DNA of 64,000 bases, taken from assembly GCF_003790525.1 (NCBI RefSeq), contig NZ_CP033635.1. One strand, written 5' to 3'. Under the pieces are notes generated by a model. That model was not told the DNA's origin, searched no databases, and saw nothing but the letters and a program-made list of their open reading frames with translations. The DNA is from Escherichia coli. Its GTDB lineage: Bacteria > Pseudomonadota > Gammaproteobacteria > Enterobacterales > Enterobacteriaceae. The translations under genes were made by a program, and so were the position numbers. Positions 50,773 through 61,464 of this stretch are shown one piece after another. Numbering within the stretch: the stretch's first letter is position 1; each line of letters opens with the position of its first letter.

Positions 50773-51270
50773 ATGAACGGACTCACGGCAACGGGTGTCA
50801 CCGTCGGTATTTGTGCAGGGCTTTGGCAGTTAGTGTCTTCACATGTCGGGCTCTCTCAGGGATGGGAATTATTAGGAACCATTGGCTTCGTCGCCTTTTG
50901 CAGTTTTTATGCCGCAGGCGGCGGTAAATCGGGGTTTATCAGAAGCCTGGCGGTTAATTATTCCGGGATGGTGTGGGCGTTTTTCGCCGCGCTGGCTGCC
51001 GGTTGGCTGGCCTCGGTGAGTGGATTGTCCACGTTCTGGGCGAGCGTGATTATGACTGTACCCTTCTCGGCGGTGGTGGTCTGGCAAGGACGTTTCGGTT
51101 TATTGTCTTTTATTCCCGGAGGCTTTCTCGGCATGACGCTATTTTTTGCCAGCGGGATGAACTGGACGGTGACGTTACTGGGTTTTCTGGCGGGTAACTG
51201 CGTGGGGATAATTTCAGAATATGGCGGACAAAAATTAAGCGAAGCGACGACTAAACGCGACGGGTATTAA
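50773..51270 (+). CDS. yahC: small inner-membrane protein
   Basis: 165 aa, four hydrophobic segments. Confidence 0.7.
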   Translation: MNGLTATGVTVGICAGLWQLVSSHVGLSQGWELLGTIGFVAFCSFYAAGGGKSGFIRSLAVNYSGMVWAFFAALAAGWLASVSGLSTFWASVIMTVPFSAVVVWQGRFGLLSFIPGGFLGMTLFFASGMNWTVTLLGFLAGNCVGIISEYGGQKLSEATTKRDGY

Positions 51271-51361
51271 AAGTTATTCAAAAATGATTATCTATCTTTA
51301 ACCGATACCTCTACAGTCATGGCTGGAGAAATTCATATTCGATAATGGCGGGAATGGTTTA

Positions 51362-52294
51362 ATGAACTCAATTTTTACCGAAGAGAATCTGTTGGCATTT
51401 ACTACCGCTGCGCGTTTTGGCAGTTTCAGTAAAGCAGCAGAAGAGTTGGGTTTAACCACTTCCGCCATTAGCTACACCATCAAGCGAATGGAAACAGGGC
51501 TGGATGTGGTGCTGTTCACTCGCAGTACCCGAAGCATTGAGTTAACGGAGTCCGGGCGTTATTTTTTCCGCAAAGCTACCGACCTGCTGAATGATTTTCA
51601 CGCCATCAAACGCAGCATCGATACTATTTCGCAGGGTATAGAAGCACGGGTGCGCATTTGTATTAACCAACTGCTTTATACGCCCAAACACACCGCACGC
51701 TTATTACAGGTACTGAAAAAGCAGTTTCCAACCTGCCAGATTACCGTGACGACCGAAGTGTATAACGGCGTCTGGGATGCGATTATTAATAATCAGGCGA
51801 ATATTGCTATCGGCGCGCCCGACACACTGCTGGACGGCGGCGGCATTGATTACACGGAGATTGGCGCGATTCGCTGGGCTTTTGCTATCGCCCCGGATCA
51901 CCCGTTAGCCTTTGTGCCGGAACCCATCGCCGAAAGCCAGCTGCGTCTCTATCCTAATATCATGGTGGAAGACACCGCGCATACGATTAATAAAAAAGTG
52001 GGCTGGTTGCTGCATGGGCAGGAGTCGATTCTGGTGCCAGATTTCAACACCAAATGTCAGTGCCAGATTTTAGGTGAAGGAATTGGTTTTTTGCCGGATT
52101 ACATGGTCCGTGAGGCGATGGCGCAATCCCTGCTGGTTACCCGACAAATCCATAATCCGCGCCAGGATTCACGCATGTTACTCGCAACTCAGCATTCTGC
52201 TACGGGTCAGGTGACGCAGTGGATTAAAAAGCAATTTGCGCCAAATGGCATATTAACGGGGATCTATCAGGATTTACTGCATCGGGAGAATTAA
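51362..52294 (+). CDS. yahB: LysR-family transcriptional regulator
   Basis: 310 aa; N-terminal HTH LLAFTTAARFGSFSKAAEELGLTTSAISYTIKRME. Confidence 0.85.
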   Translation: MNSIFTEENLLAFTTAARFGSFSKAAEELGLTTSAISYTIKRMETGLDVVLFTRSTRSIELTESGRYFFRKATDLLNDFHAIKRSIDTISQGIEARVRICINQLLYTPKHTARLLQVLKKQFPTCQITVTTEVYNGVWDAIINNQANIAIGAPDTLLDGGGIDYTEIGAIRWAFAIAPDHPLAFVPEPIAESQLRLYPNIMVEDTAHTINKKVGWLLHGQESILVPDFNTKCQCQILGEGIGFLPDYMVREAMAQSLLVTRQIHNPRQDSRMLLATQHSATGQVTQWIKKQFAPNGILTGIYQDLLHREN

Positions 52295-52335
52295 TCGCTG
52301 CCAACCTCCCGATGCGCTGTGAATAGCGGTTTACA

Positions 52336-53424
52336 TCAACCACCTGCTTTCATTACCCATTCAGAGATAAATTTATTACCCGGTACTGGCGGAGAGTACA
52401 AATAGCCCTGCAAAAAGTGAACTCCTTTGCCGATCATTAAATCCGCCTGCTCCTGGGTTTCTACCCCTTCCGCCACGATACTCAGACCAGGCTTACGCGC
52501 CAGTTCGACAATATTGTCCACAATATGACCGGATATTTCGTCCACGCTCGCCATTTGCACAAATGACTTATCGATCTTAATAAAATCGACCGGGAACGCC
52601 TGCAAGTAACGATAGGTCGCATAACCCGTACCAAAGTCATCCAGCGCAAAGGTAATGTTGTGCTGATGAAGGCTGTCAAATATCGCTCTGGCTTCTGGCG
52701 TTACCGGAATAGGGTTACGTTCCGTCAGCTCAAGAACCAGTTTGATTTTATCGTTACCTAATTTCTTAACCAGGTTCAGACACTCTTTTTCAAATCCTGC
52801 GGCCAAAAAACAACCCGCCGAGACGTTGATGCCAATATGGAAATTGTCCGGCAGCAAATGTTTTACCGGCATCAGAATATCCGCAGTCTGTTTCATCAAC
52901 TGGCGAGTCATTATGACGATAAGACCAGATGACTCCGCCAGAGGAATAAACTGATCCGGTGGGATAATTCCCGTTTGTGGATGTTCCCAGCGGACAAGCA
53001 CCTCACAGCCCGTCAGTACCCCAGTCTGCGCGCAGAAAACCGGTTGGATCCACGGTTTAAATTCATGGTTTTCCAACGCCAGACTGATGGCTTCAGGCGT
53101 GACGATATGGTGATAGTGATTATCATTAATATATTTGTGACTATTATTACCCGTGGCGGATATGATCTCCGGATTGTACTGAAAGAAAATATCCCGCCAG
53201 AAAGTAATATCGCTCTGAATCCCCAGTTTCTCAAAGAGCTGTTTCTTTTGATGTGAAATGGTCTTTGCACTGCGATTTCTGTACTGTGATATTTCTGTTA
53301 CAGACATTCCCTGCATCAGCAGCTTGAGTAGCAGTCGTTCTTTCTCGGATACGCTACCAGGCAATGACAAATGAACCGTTGTACCGAACTCTTGCAGAAA
53401 AACACGAAAATCACATGAATTCAT
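52336..53424 (-). CDS. pdeL: c-di-GMP phosphodiesterase with LuxR-type HTH and EAL domain
   Basis: ORF 52336-53430; LuxR HTH LSEKERLLLKLLMQGMSVTEISQYRNRSAKTISHQKK; EAL-domain motifs ELTE and DDFGTG. Confidence 0.85.
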   Translation of the reverse strand: MNSCDFRVFLQEFGTTVHLSLPGSVSEKERLLLKLLMQGMSVTEISQYRNRSAKTISHQKKQLFEKLGIQSDITFWRDIFFQYNPEIISATGNNSHKYINDNHYHHIVTPEAISLALENHEFKPWIQPVFCAQTGVLTGCEVLVRWEHPQTGIIPPDQFIPLAESSGLIVIMTRQLMKQTADILMPVKHLLPDNFHIGINVSAGCFLAAGFEKECLNLVKKLGNDKIKLVLELTERNPIPVTPEARAIFDSLHQHNITFALDDFGTGYATYRYLQAFPVDFIKIDKSFVQMASVDEISGHIVDNIVELARKPGLSIVAEGVETQEQADLMIGKGVHFLQGYLYSPPVPGNKFISEWVMKAGG

Positions 53425-54299
53425 GAACACACCTTTTATCTTTTATCGCTGTTCAGTATGAGTGATTACCTGTGGATTCCTGAGCACACATAAGGGGTAA
53501 CCATAAACATTAGCGATGCCATACGTATAACATCCCACATCACTATCAAGAAGATTATCTTTACCTCTGATGCTCGCTCAAAAACAGTTACGCTAAATAC
53601 CTTAAAAAGGTAATCACAAGTCAAACTCAGGAGATAATCACGCAAGAATGCAATATTAAAATTCAGATACTCATTTTTGGTAATAAAGAAGTAGTTGGAC
53701 TATTTCGATATTTATAATTTCCCACTACGTATTGACGCCCATTCATGAGTAAAGGCGCATTATATGAATTTAACAATCCAGATCAACTGAAAATACCTCA
53801 ACCTCATAAACACATAGCGTCAACATTCAATGACATAATGAGTAAAGATGTTGGTTATGCATACACGTCATTACTCTATGCCTATCCCTTAACAACCTGC
53901 TTTTTAAGACTGAATCCATTCAGCAATAGATAGCCAACATTATAACAATGACAATAAAAACAATATTTAAAACAATCAATAAAATATCAGACACAGACAA
54001 TTAAACCTTAAACAACAAACGGTTACATTGATTTTAGTTGATTTGCGCTACGCGTTCCCCATGAATAAAGCGTCATTTCAAATTAGCACCAATATTTACA
54101 TTAAATAAGACTAAGCTTATTGAACATTCACAACAGTCCAAACGTAGGTTTTGGGCTTCAATAGTTCTTTTCTTTTTTATTATCTGTTGCCTGGCAATCA
54201 TCAATCGATACTAAGGGCTTAACTGTACAGATATAACGTATCAAGAGGTAAGAGAAACCGCGCCATATGCAGACATGGCGCGGTTTTATGCAAAAACAA

Positions 54300-56333
54300 T
54301 CACGCGTCCGGGAACATCACGCTATGGCCCGGCGCTTCACGATGGAGATGGATAAAGTTAAGATGCCGCTCGTACTGGTCAAGAATATCGGTGATCACCT
54401 GCTCTTTGCTGTAGTCCATCAGGTCGTTGCCCTGGCTGCCTTCTAACAGGAAGGTTTCCAGCCGGTAGTAGGTCGATTTACCGCTACGTGCGCGGTAGGT
54501 AAAGCCCGGCACCGAATATTGCTGCGGCCAAATCTGATAGACAAAGTTTTGCTCTTCGCCCATATGCACCAACAAATCCAGATGCCCCAACTGTTGTCCC
54601 TCTTCCGGCGGCAGGCTTTTTAGCTCCACGTACGCGCCGCGCAACCGCAACTCCTGCGCCACTTCTTCCATTGCCGGGTAACAGACCGTCTCCATCATCT
54701 GTTTAGTGTAACGCGTGCCCGGATAATTCATCAGGCGCGAGAGACGTTTTTTCCAGCTCAGGCGATCCTGAAGCCCCAGCGGTCGCGGTGCGGTATCGCG
54801 GTTGGCACTTTCACGGCGGTAATCTTCTACCTTCAGAGATTTATACAACCCCGCCATCACGAAGAAGATCACAAAGCTGAACGGCAGGCCCATAATCACC
54901 GTGGTGTTTTGCAGCGCGGATATCCCGTTGGTCATCAGCATGCCGAGCGTCAGCAGGCCAATCGCCACCGACCAGAAGACGCGCAGCCAGCCGGGGGCGT
55001 CGCTGTTGATATCTTTAAGCTGCGAGGTGAAATTCCCCAGCACCAGCGCCCCGGAGTCCGCCGAGGTCACATAAAACAGCAGGCCAGTAATGGTGGCGAC
55101 GGAGGCGCTAAAGGTAAACGCCGGATACTGCGCCAGCAGGCTGTAGAAGCCGCGCTCCGGATGGACCATCGCTTCCTCGGCAAATGCCGCGCCGCCGTGG
55201 ATGATTTCATACAGCGCGCTATTGCCGAACACCGAGAGCCATAACAGCGTGAAGGTAAACGGAATAATCAACGTGCCCAGCACGAACTGGCGAATGGTAC
55301 GCCCACGCGAGATACGCGCCAGGAACAAGCCAACAAACGGCGACCATGCCACCCACCATGCCCAGAAGAAGAGCGTCCAGTTATTCATCCACTCAACCGG
55401 ACGGTCGAAGGCAAAACTGTTGAGCGTCATGCCCATAAAGCGATTCATATAGTCGCCAACGTTCAGCACCAGCGCATTAAGCAGGAACGAGGTGTCGCCC
55501 ATAAACAGCACGAAAAGGATCAATCCCAGCGCCAGCGCAACGTTAAGTTCCGATAACACACGAATCCCCTTATCGACACCGGAGGTGACAGAGATCGTGG
55601 CGATGATCACCGACAAGGCGATCAGTGCCGCTTTCGCCGCCATTGAATCGGGAATATCAAACAGTACGCTCAAGCCATAGTTAAGCTGCACCACACCGAT
55701 ACCGAGCGTAGTGGCAATACCGAAGATGGTGCCGATCACCGCTGCAATATCCACTGAGTGACCTATCGGCCCGTTAATCCGTTTACCGAAGATCGGGTAC
55801 AGCGCCGAGCGGATGGTGAGCGGCAAATTATAACGATAACTAAAGTATCCGAGCGCCATGCCCATCAGCGCATACATCGACCAGCCGGTTAAGCCGTAGT
55901 GAAACAGCGTCCAGACCATCGCCTGACGCGCGGCCTCAATCGTCTGACCCGCGCCTTCCGGCGGCTGCATATACTGCGTTACCGGTTCGGCTACGGAGAA
56001 GAACATCAGGTCGATACCGATCCCGGCAGCAAACAGCATCGCCGCCCAACTCAGCAGACTGAATTCCGGTTTTGATTGTTCTGGCCCGAGCTTCACCGAA
56101 CCAAAACGCGAACAAGCGATGCAGACCACAAAGACAATATAGAGCGTTGCCGCCAGCAGATAGTACCAACCGAAGGTTTTAGAGACCCAGTCCAGCGTGC
56201 GTCCAATCCACAGGGCCGAGAAGTCGCGAAACAGGATCGTTGTCAGGGAAAACAACAAAATCAGTCCGGCGGAAGTGTAAAACACCACCGGATTGATTTT
56301 GTCCTTTTCCCTGCTGTGTGAAAGGTCTGTCAT
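54300..56333 (-). CDS. betT: choline transporter (BCCT family)
   Basis: 677 aa, 12-TM core plus cytoplasmic C-terminal extension. Confidence 0.92.
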   Translation of the reverse strand: MTDLSHSREKDKINPVVFYTSAGLILLFSLTTILFRDFSALWIGRTLDWVSKTFGWYYLLAATLYIVFVVCIACSRFGSVKLGPEQSKPEFSLLSWAAMLFAAGIGIDLMFFSVAEPVTQYMQPPEGAGQTIEAARQAMVWTLFHYGLTGWSMYALMGMALGYFSYRYNLPLTIRSALYPIFGKRINGPIGHSVDIAAVIGTIFGIATTLGIGVVQLNYGLSVLFDIPDSMAAKAALIALSVIIATISVTSGVDKGIRVLSELNVALALGLILFVLFMGDTSFLLNALVLNVGDYMNRFMGMTLNSFAFDRPVEWMNNWTLFFWAWWVAWSPFVGLFLARISRGRTIRQFVLGTLIIPFTFTLLWLSVFGNSALYEIIHGGAAFAEEAMVHPERGFYSLLAQYPAFTFSASVATITGLLFYVTSADSGALVLGNFTSQLKDINSDAPGWLRVFWSVAIGLLTLGMLMTNGISALQNTTVIMGLPFSFVIFFVMAGLYKSLKVEDYRRESANRDTAPRPLGLQDRLSWKKRLSRLMNYPGTRYTKQMMETVCYPAMEEVAQELRLRGAYVELKSLPPEEGQQLGHLDLLVHMGEEQNFVYQIWPQQYSVPGFTYRARSGKSTYYRLETFLLEGSQGNDLMDYSKEQVITDILDQYERHLNFIHLHREAPGHSVMFPDA

Positions 56334-56397
56334 CCAGTATCCCCACTGTTATTGTTACCATTTAAAATCAAATTCGTAACAATTAAGACACATTTTA

Positions 56398-56417
56398 TAT
56401 TGAACGTCCAATCAATA
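56398..56417. promoter_or_regulatory. candidate BetI operator in divergent betT/betI promoter region
   Basis: TATTGA-acgtccaa-TCAATA inverted repeat. Confidence 0.4.
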
Positions 56418-56461
56418 ACCGCTTTAATAGATAAACAACGCTGATGAATGGAGTGGCGAAA

Positions 56462-57049
56462 ATGCCCAAATTGGGGATGCAGTCGATCCGGCGCAGACAA
56501 CTGATCGACGCCACGCTGGAAGCAATAAATGAAGTGGGCATGCACGATGCAACGATCGCGCAGATCGCCCGCCGTGCAGGCGTTTCTACGGGGATCATCA
56601 GCCACTATTTCAGGGACAAAAATGGTCTGCTGGAAGCAACCATGCGCGATATCACCAGTCAGCTGCGTGACGCGGTTTTGAATCGATTACATGCACTTCC
56701 GCAGGGCAGTGCAGAGCAGCGATTACAGGCGATTGTTGGCGGAAACTTCGACGAAACGCAGGTGAGCAGTGCGGCGATGAAAGCCTGGCTGGCGTTCTGG
56801 GCCAGCAGTATGCATCAGCCGATGCTCTATCGCTTGCAGCAGGTCAGTAGCCGCCGCTTATTGTCGAATCTGGTGAGCGAATTTCACCGCGAGTTACCGC
56901 GCCAACAGGCGCAGGAAGCGGGCTACGGACTTGCCGCGCTGATTGACGGATTATGGCTGCGCGCGGCACTGAGCGGCAAACCGCTGGATAAACCTCTCGC
57001 ACACTCGCTGACCCGTCACTTTATTACTCAGCATTTACCCACCGATTAA
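56462..57049 (+). CDS. betI: TetR-family repressor of bet genes
   Basis: ORF trimmed to [50 protein letters not shown] (195 aa). Confidence 0.9.
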   Translation: MPKLGMQSIRRRQLIDATLEAINEVGMHDATIAQIARRAGVSTGIISHYFRDKNGLLEATMRDITSQLRDAVLNRLHALPQGSAEQRLQAIVGGNFDETQVSSAAMKAWLAFWASSMHQPMLYRLQQVSSRRLLSNLVSEFHRELPRQQAQEAGYGLAALIDGLWLRAALSGKPLDKPLAHSLTRHFITQHLPTD

Positions 57050-57062
57050 CCGAGGAGACGTG

Positions 57063-58535
57063 ATGTCCCGAATGGCAGAACAGCAGCTTTATATACATGG
57101 TGGTTATACATCCGCCACCAGCGGTCGCACCTTCGAGACCATTAACCCGGCCAACGGTAACGTGCTGGCGACCGTGCAGGCCGCCGGGCGCGAGGATGTC
57201 GATCGCGCCGTGAAGAGTGCCCAACAGGGGCAAAAAATCTGGGCGGCGATGACCGCTATGGAACGCTCGCGTATTCTGCGTCGGGCCGTTGATATTCTAC
57301 GTGAACGCAATGACGAACTCGCAAAACTGGAAACCCTCGACACCGGAAAAGCATATTCGGAAACCTCAACCGTCGATATCGTTACCGGTGCGGACGTGCT
57401 GGAGTACTACGCCGGGCTGATCCCGGCGCTGGAAGGCAGCCAGATCCCGTTGCGTGAGACGTCATTTGTTTATACCCGCCGCGAACCGCTGGGCGTAGTG
57501 GCAGGGATTGGCGCATGGAACTACCCGATTCAGATTGCCCTGTGGAAATCCGCCCCAGCGCTGGCGGCAGGCAATGCAATGATTTTCAAACCGAGCGAAG
57601 TCACCCCGCTTACCGCGTTAAAGCTGGCCGAAATTTACAGCGAAGCGGGCCTGCCGGACGGCGTATTTAACGTGTTGCCGGGCGTGGGCGCGGAGACCGG
57701 GCAGTATCTGACCGAGCATCCGGGCATTGCCAAAGTGTCATTTACCGGCGGTGTCGCCAGCGGCAAAAAAGTGATGGCTAACTCGGCGGCTTCCTCCCTG
57801 AAAGAAGTGACCATGGAGCTGGGCGGTAAATCACCGCTGATCGTTTTTGACGATGCGGATCTCGATCTCGCCGCCGATATCGCCATGATGGCGAATTTCT
57901 TCAGCTCCGGTCAGGTGTGTACCAACGGCACCCGCGTCTTCGTTCCGGCGAAATGCAAAGCCGCATTTGAACAAAAGATTCTGGCGCGCGTTGAGCGCAT
58001 TCGCGCGGGCGACGTTTTCGATCCGCAAACTAACTTTGGCCCGCTGGTCAGCTTCCCGCATCGCGATAACGTGCTGCGTTACATCGCCAAAGGCAAAGAG
58101 GAAGGCGCGCGCGTACTGTGCGGCGGCGATGTACTGAAAGGCGATGGCTTCGATAACGGCGCATGGGTTGCACCGACCGTGTTCACCGATTGCCGCGACG
58201 AAATGACCATCGTGCGCGAAGAGATCTTCGGTCCGGTGATGTCGCTTCTCACTTATGAATCTGAGGACGAAGTGATTCGCCGCGCTAACGATACCGACTA
58301 CGGTCTGGCGGCGGGTATCGTGACGGCGGACCTGAACCTCGCGCATCGCGTCATTCATCAGCTGGAAGCGGGTATTTGCTGGATCAACACCTGGGGCGAA
58401 TCCCCGGCAGAGATGCCCGTTGGCGGCTACAAACACTCCGGCATTGGTCGCGAGAACGGCGTGATGACGCTCCAGAGTTACACCCAGGTGAAGTCCATCC
58501 AGGTTGAGATGGCTAAATTCCAGTCCATATTCTAA
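57063..58535 (+). CDS. betB: betaine-aldehyde dehydrogenase
   Basis: 490 aa; aldehyde dehydrogenase motifs ELGGKSP and [13 protein letters not shown]. Confidence 0.92.
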   Translation: MSRMAEQQLYIHGGYTSATSGRTFETINPANGNVLATVQAAGREDVDRAVKSAQQGQKIWAAMTAMERSRILRRAVDILRERNDELAKLETLDTGKAYSETSTVDIVTGADVLEYYAGLIPALEGSQIPLRETSFVYTRREPLGVVAGIGAWNYPIQIALWKSAPALAAGNAMIFKPSEVTPLTALKLAEIYSEAGLPDGVFNVLPGVGAETGQYLTEHPGIAKVSFTGGVASGKKVMANSAASSLKEVTMELGGKSPLIVFDDADLDLAADIAMMANFFSSGQVCTNGTRVFVPAKCKAAFEQKILARVERIRAGDVFDPQTNFGPLVSFPHRDNVLRYIAKGKEEGARVLCGGDVLKGDGFDNGAWVAPTVFTDCRDEMTIVREEIFGPVMSLLTYESEDEVIRRANDTDYGLAAGIVTADLNLAHRVIHQLEAGICWINTWGESPAEMPVGGYKHSGIGRENGVMTLQSYTQVKSIQVEMAKFQSIF

Positions 58536-58548
58536 CCAGGAGGTTTAT

Positions 58549-60237
58549 TTGCAATTTGACTACATCATTATTGGTGCCGGCTCAGCCGGCAACGTCCTCG
58601 CTACCCGTCTGACTGAAGATCCGAACACAACCGTGCTGCTGCTTGAAGCAGGCGGCCCGGACTATCGCTTTGACTTCCGCACCCAGATGCCCGCCGCGCT
58701 GGCGTTCCCGCTACAGGGCAAACGCTACAACTGGGCCTATGAGACGGAACCCGAACCGTTTATGAACAACCGCCGCATGGAGTGCGGACGCGGCAAAGGT
58801 CTGGGCGGTTCATCGCTGATCAACGGCATGTGTTACATCCGTGGTAACGCGCTGGATCTCGATAACTGGGCGCAAGAACCCGGTCTGGAGAACTGGAGCT
58901 ACCTCGACTGTCTGCCCTACTACCGCAAGGCCGAGACTCGCGACGTGGGCGAGAACGACTACCACGGCGGCGACGGCCCGGTGAGCGTCACCACCTCCAA
59001 ACCCGGCGTCAATCCGCTGTTTGAAGCGATGATTGAAGCGGGCGTGCAGGCGGGCTACCCGCGCACGGACGATCTCAACGGCTATCAGCAAGAAGGTTTT
59101 GGCCCGATGGATCGCACCGTCACGCCGCATGGCCGTCGCGCCAGCACCGCGCGTGGCTATCTCGATCAGGCCAAATCGCGCTCTAACCTGACCATTCGTA
59201 CTCACGCCATGACCGATCACATCATTTTTGACGGCAAACGCGCGGTGGGCGTCGAGTGGCTGGAAGGCGACAGCACCATTCCGACCCGCGCGGCGGCGAA
59301 TAAAGAAGTGCTGTTATGTGCAGGCGCGATTGCTTCACCGCAGATCCTGCAACGCTCCGGCGTCGGCAACGCTGGACTGCTGGCGGAGTTTGATATTCCG
59401 CTGGTGCATGAATTACCTGGCGTCGGCGAAAATCTTCAGGATCACCTGGAGATGTATCTGCAATATGAGTGCAAAGAACCGGTTTCCCTCTACCCTGCCC
59501 TGCAGTGGTGGAATCAGCCGAAAATCGGTGCGGAGTGGCTGTTTGGCGGCACCGGCATTGGTGCCAGCAACCACTTTGAAGCAGGCGGATTTATTCGCAG
59601 CCGTGAGGAATTTGCGTGGCCGAATATTCAGTACCATTTCCTGCCAGTGGCGATTAACTATAACGGCTCGAACGCAGTGAAAGAGCACGGCTTCCAGTGC
59701 CACGTCGGATCGATGCGCTCGCCAAGCCGTGGGCATGTGCGGATTAAATCCCGCGCCCCGCACCAGCATCCAGCGATTCTGTTTAACTACATGTCGCACG
59801 AGCAGGACTGGCAGGAGTTCCGCGACGCAATTCGCATCACCCGGGAGATCATGCATCAACCGGCGCTGGATCAGTATCGTGGCCGCGAAATCAGCCCCGG
59901 TGTCGAATGCCAGACGGATGAGCAGCTCGATGAGTTTGTGCGTAATCACGCCGAAACCGCCTTCCACCCATGCGGTACGTGCAAAATGGGGTACGACGAG
60001 ATGTCCGTTGTGGATGGCGAAGGCCGCGTGCACGGGCTGGAAGGATTACGCGTAGTCGATGCGTCAATTATGCCGCAGATTATCACCGGCAATCTGAACG
60101 CCACGACGATTATGATTGGCGAGAAAATGGCGGATATGATTCGCGGGAAGGATGCGTTGCCGAGGAGCACGGCGGGATATTATGTGGCAAATGGGATGCC
60201 GGTGAGAGCGAAAAAAATGAGTCGTGATGTGAACTGA
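58549..60237 (+). CDS. betA: choline dehydrogenase (GMC oxidoreductase)
   Basis: Apparent TTG start giving (M)[20 protein letters not shown]; FAD-binding GxGxxG; GGAGG Shine-Dalgarno 7 nt upstream; C-terminal residues may differ from K-12. Confidence 0.85.
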   Translation: MQFDYIIIGAGSAGNVLATRLTEDPNTTVLLLEAGGPDYRFDFRTQMPAALAFPLQGKRYNWAYETEPEPFMNNRRMECGRGKGLGGSSLINGMCYIRGNALDLDNWAQEPGLENWSYLDCLPYYRKAETRDVGENDYHGGDGPVSVTTSKPGVNPLFEAMIEAGVQAGYPRTDDLNGYQQEGFGPMDRTVTPHGRRASTARGYLDQAKSRSNLTIRTHAMTDHIIFDGKRAVGVEWLEGDSTIPTRAAANKEVLLCAGAIASPQILQRSGVGNAGLLAEFDIPLVHELPGVGENLQDHLEMYLQYECKEPVSLYPALQWWNQPKIGAEWLFGGTGIGASNHFEAGGFIRSREEFAWPNIQYHFLPVAINYNGSNAVKEHGFQCHVGSMRSPSRGHVRIKSRAPHQHPAILFNYMSHEQDWQEFRDAIRITREIMHQPALDQYRGREISPGVECQTDEQLDEFVRNHAETAFHPCGTCKMGYDEMSVVDGEGRVHGLEGLRVVDASIMPQIITGNLNATTIMIGEKMADMIRGKDALPRSTAGYYVANGMPVRAKKMSRDVN

Positions 60238-60768
60238 CTCAGGAACCTATCAGATTGAGAGTTACCGTTCTACTATGAGGACCGAATCCTTATATAAAAC
60301 ACTGAGGTAACTCTCATGCTTCATATCCAGTATTCATGATGCTGGCTTTTTGCTGATATTTAACCCGAACATTCCTGATACAGACTATTAATTCATTTAT
60401 CTGCGGCAGATTTTATTTTCTGGATATATTATGAGTGAACAAATCAAACAGGATATCGATCTGATTGAGATTTTATTTTATCTGAAGAAAAAGGTAGATG
60501 AATACCAACAAAACTCTGGGCAGTAATAAACAGCATTCTGATAGAGAGTGCCTGTATAAAGCTGAAGTGACAATGACCGGGAAGGGAACCCGTTTTCAGG
60601 AATGGATGCCTGTCTTTTTCAATTTAAATATCCTGGCATTAGTAATGCCAGGATATTTACAGAAGAGCAGCATAACCATGACGGAACGGGGTTAAGTCAG
60701 GTTGTCCTAAACGCTATTTTCAACCTCGTATGCCTTCTTCAGGTTTATGTCCAGACTTCATATCTCTC

Positions 60769-61464
60769 TCAACAATCCTCAATAATCAGATACACCGCTT
60801 TCACCGGGCCATGAACTCCGACGACTTTGATAAGCTCAATATCCGCCGTTGAACTGGGGCCGCTAATGATGTTAATGCAGGAAGGCATTCGTTCACCGGC
60901 CTGCGCTTTCTGATGCAATTTTTCTGCGAGTTGCGCTACACGCGGCAGGATAGTGCTTTTACGCAGGATAAAAAGAGAAGATTCCGGGAGCAGGCTCAAT
61001 GAACGCCCGCGCCCGGCGGCGGAAAAAAGAACCACGCCTCCCGATTCGGTTAAACCATATTCAGCATATACGACGCCCACTTTAGCCTGCTCTGCTTGTG
61101 ATATGTTCTCAATACCTTTCGCCGGATCCCAAACAACGGCATTGCATTCCTGCTGCAAACGTTCGCTAATCCCCAATTCCTCCAGCCTCGTGTCACCGCT
61201 AATCACGATCGACTGATCTCCCAGCTCTTTACACAGACGTATTGCAGCTTCTGCGGCCTGCGCCTCGCTGGTCAGTTCACAGCGCGTCAACATAACATCG
61301 CTGGCAAACTGGATAAACGCGTCACAGCGCTGCTGTTGGTTAAGTTCGGTAAGCCGCTCGTTAGCATAGTTGTTAAGCGGCGCATCTTCTGCTTGCGGTT
61401 CAAGTCGCTGCGGGCGACCCAGTGCCTGAGCAACGTTATTCAAAAATTCGCTCCGATTATCCAT
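60769..61464 (-). CDS. ykgG: LutC-like (DUF162) protein
   Basis: ORF 60769-61611 trimmed to MDNRSEFLNNVAQALG (231 aa); 8-nt overlap with ykgF. Confidence 0.8.
   Translation of the reverse strand: MDNRSEFLNNVAQALGRPQRLEPQAEDAPLNNYANERLTELNQQQRCDAFIQFASDVMLTRCELTSEAQAAEAAIRLCKELGDQSIVISGDTRLEELGISERLQQECNAVVWDPAKGIENISQAEQAKVGVVYAEYGLTESGGVVLFSAAGRGRSLSLLPESSLFILRKSTILPRVAQLAEKLHQKAQAGERMPSCINIISGPSSTADIELIKVVGVHGPVKAVYLIIEDC

Noticed and set aside
53745-53933. 62-codon ORF in the pdeL–betT spacer
   Set aside because: No ribosome-binding site and a skewed composition; kept only as part of the general note on this long AT-rich spacer.
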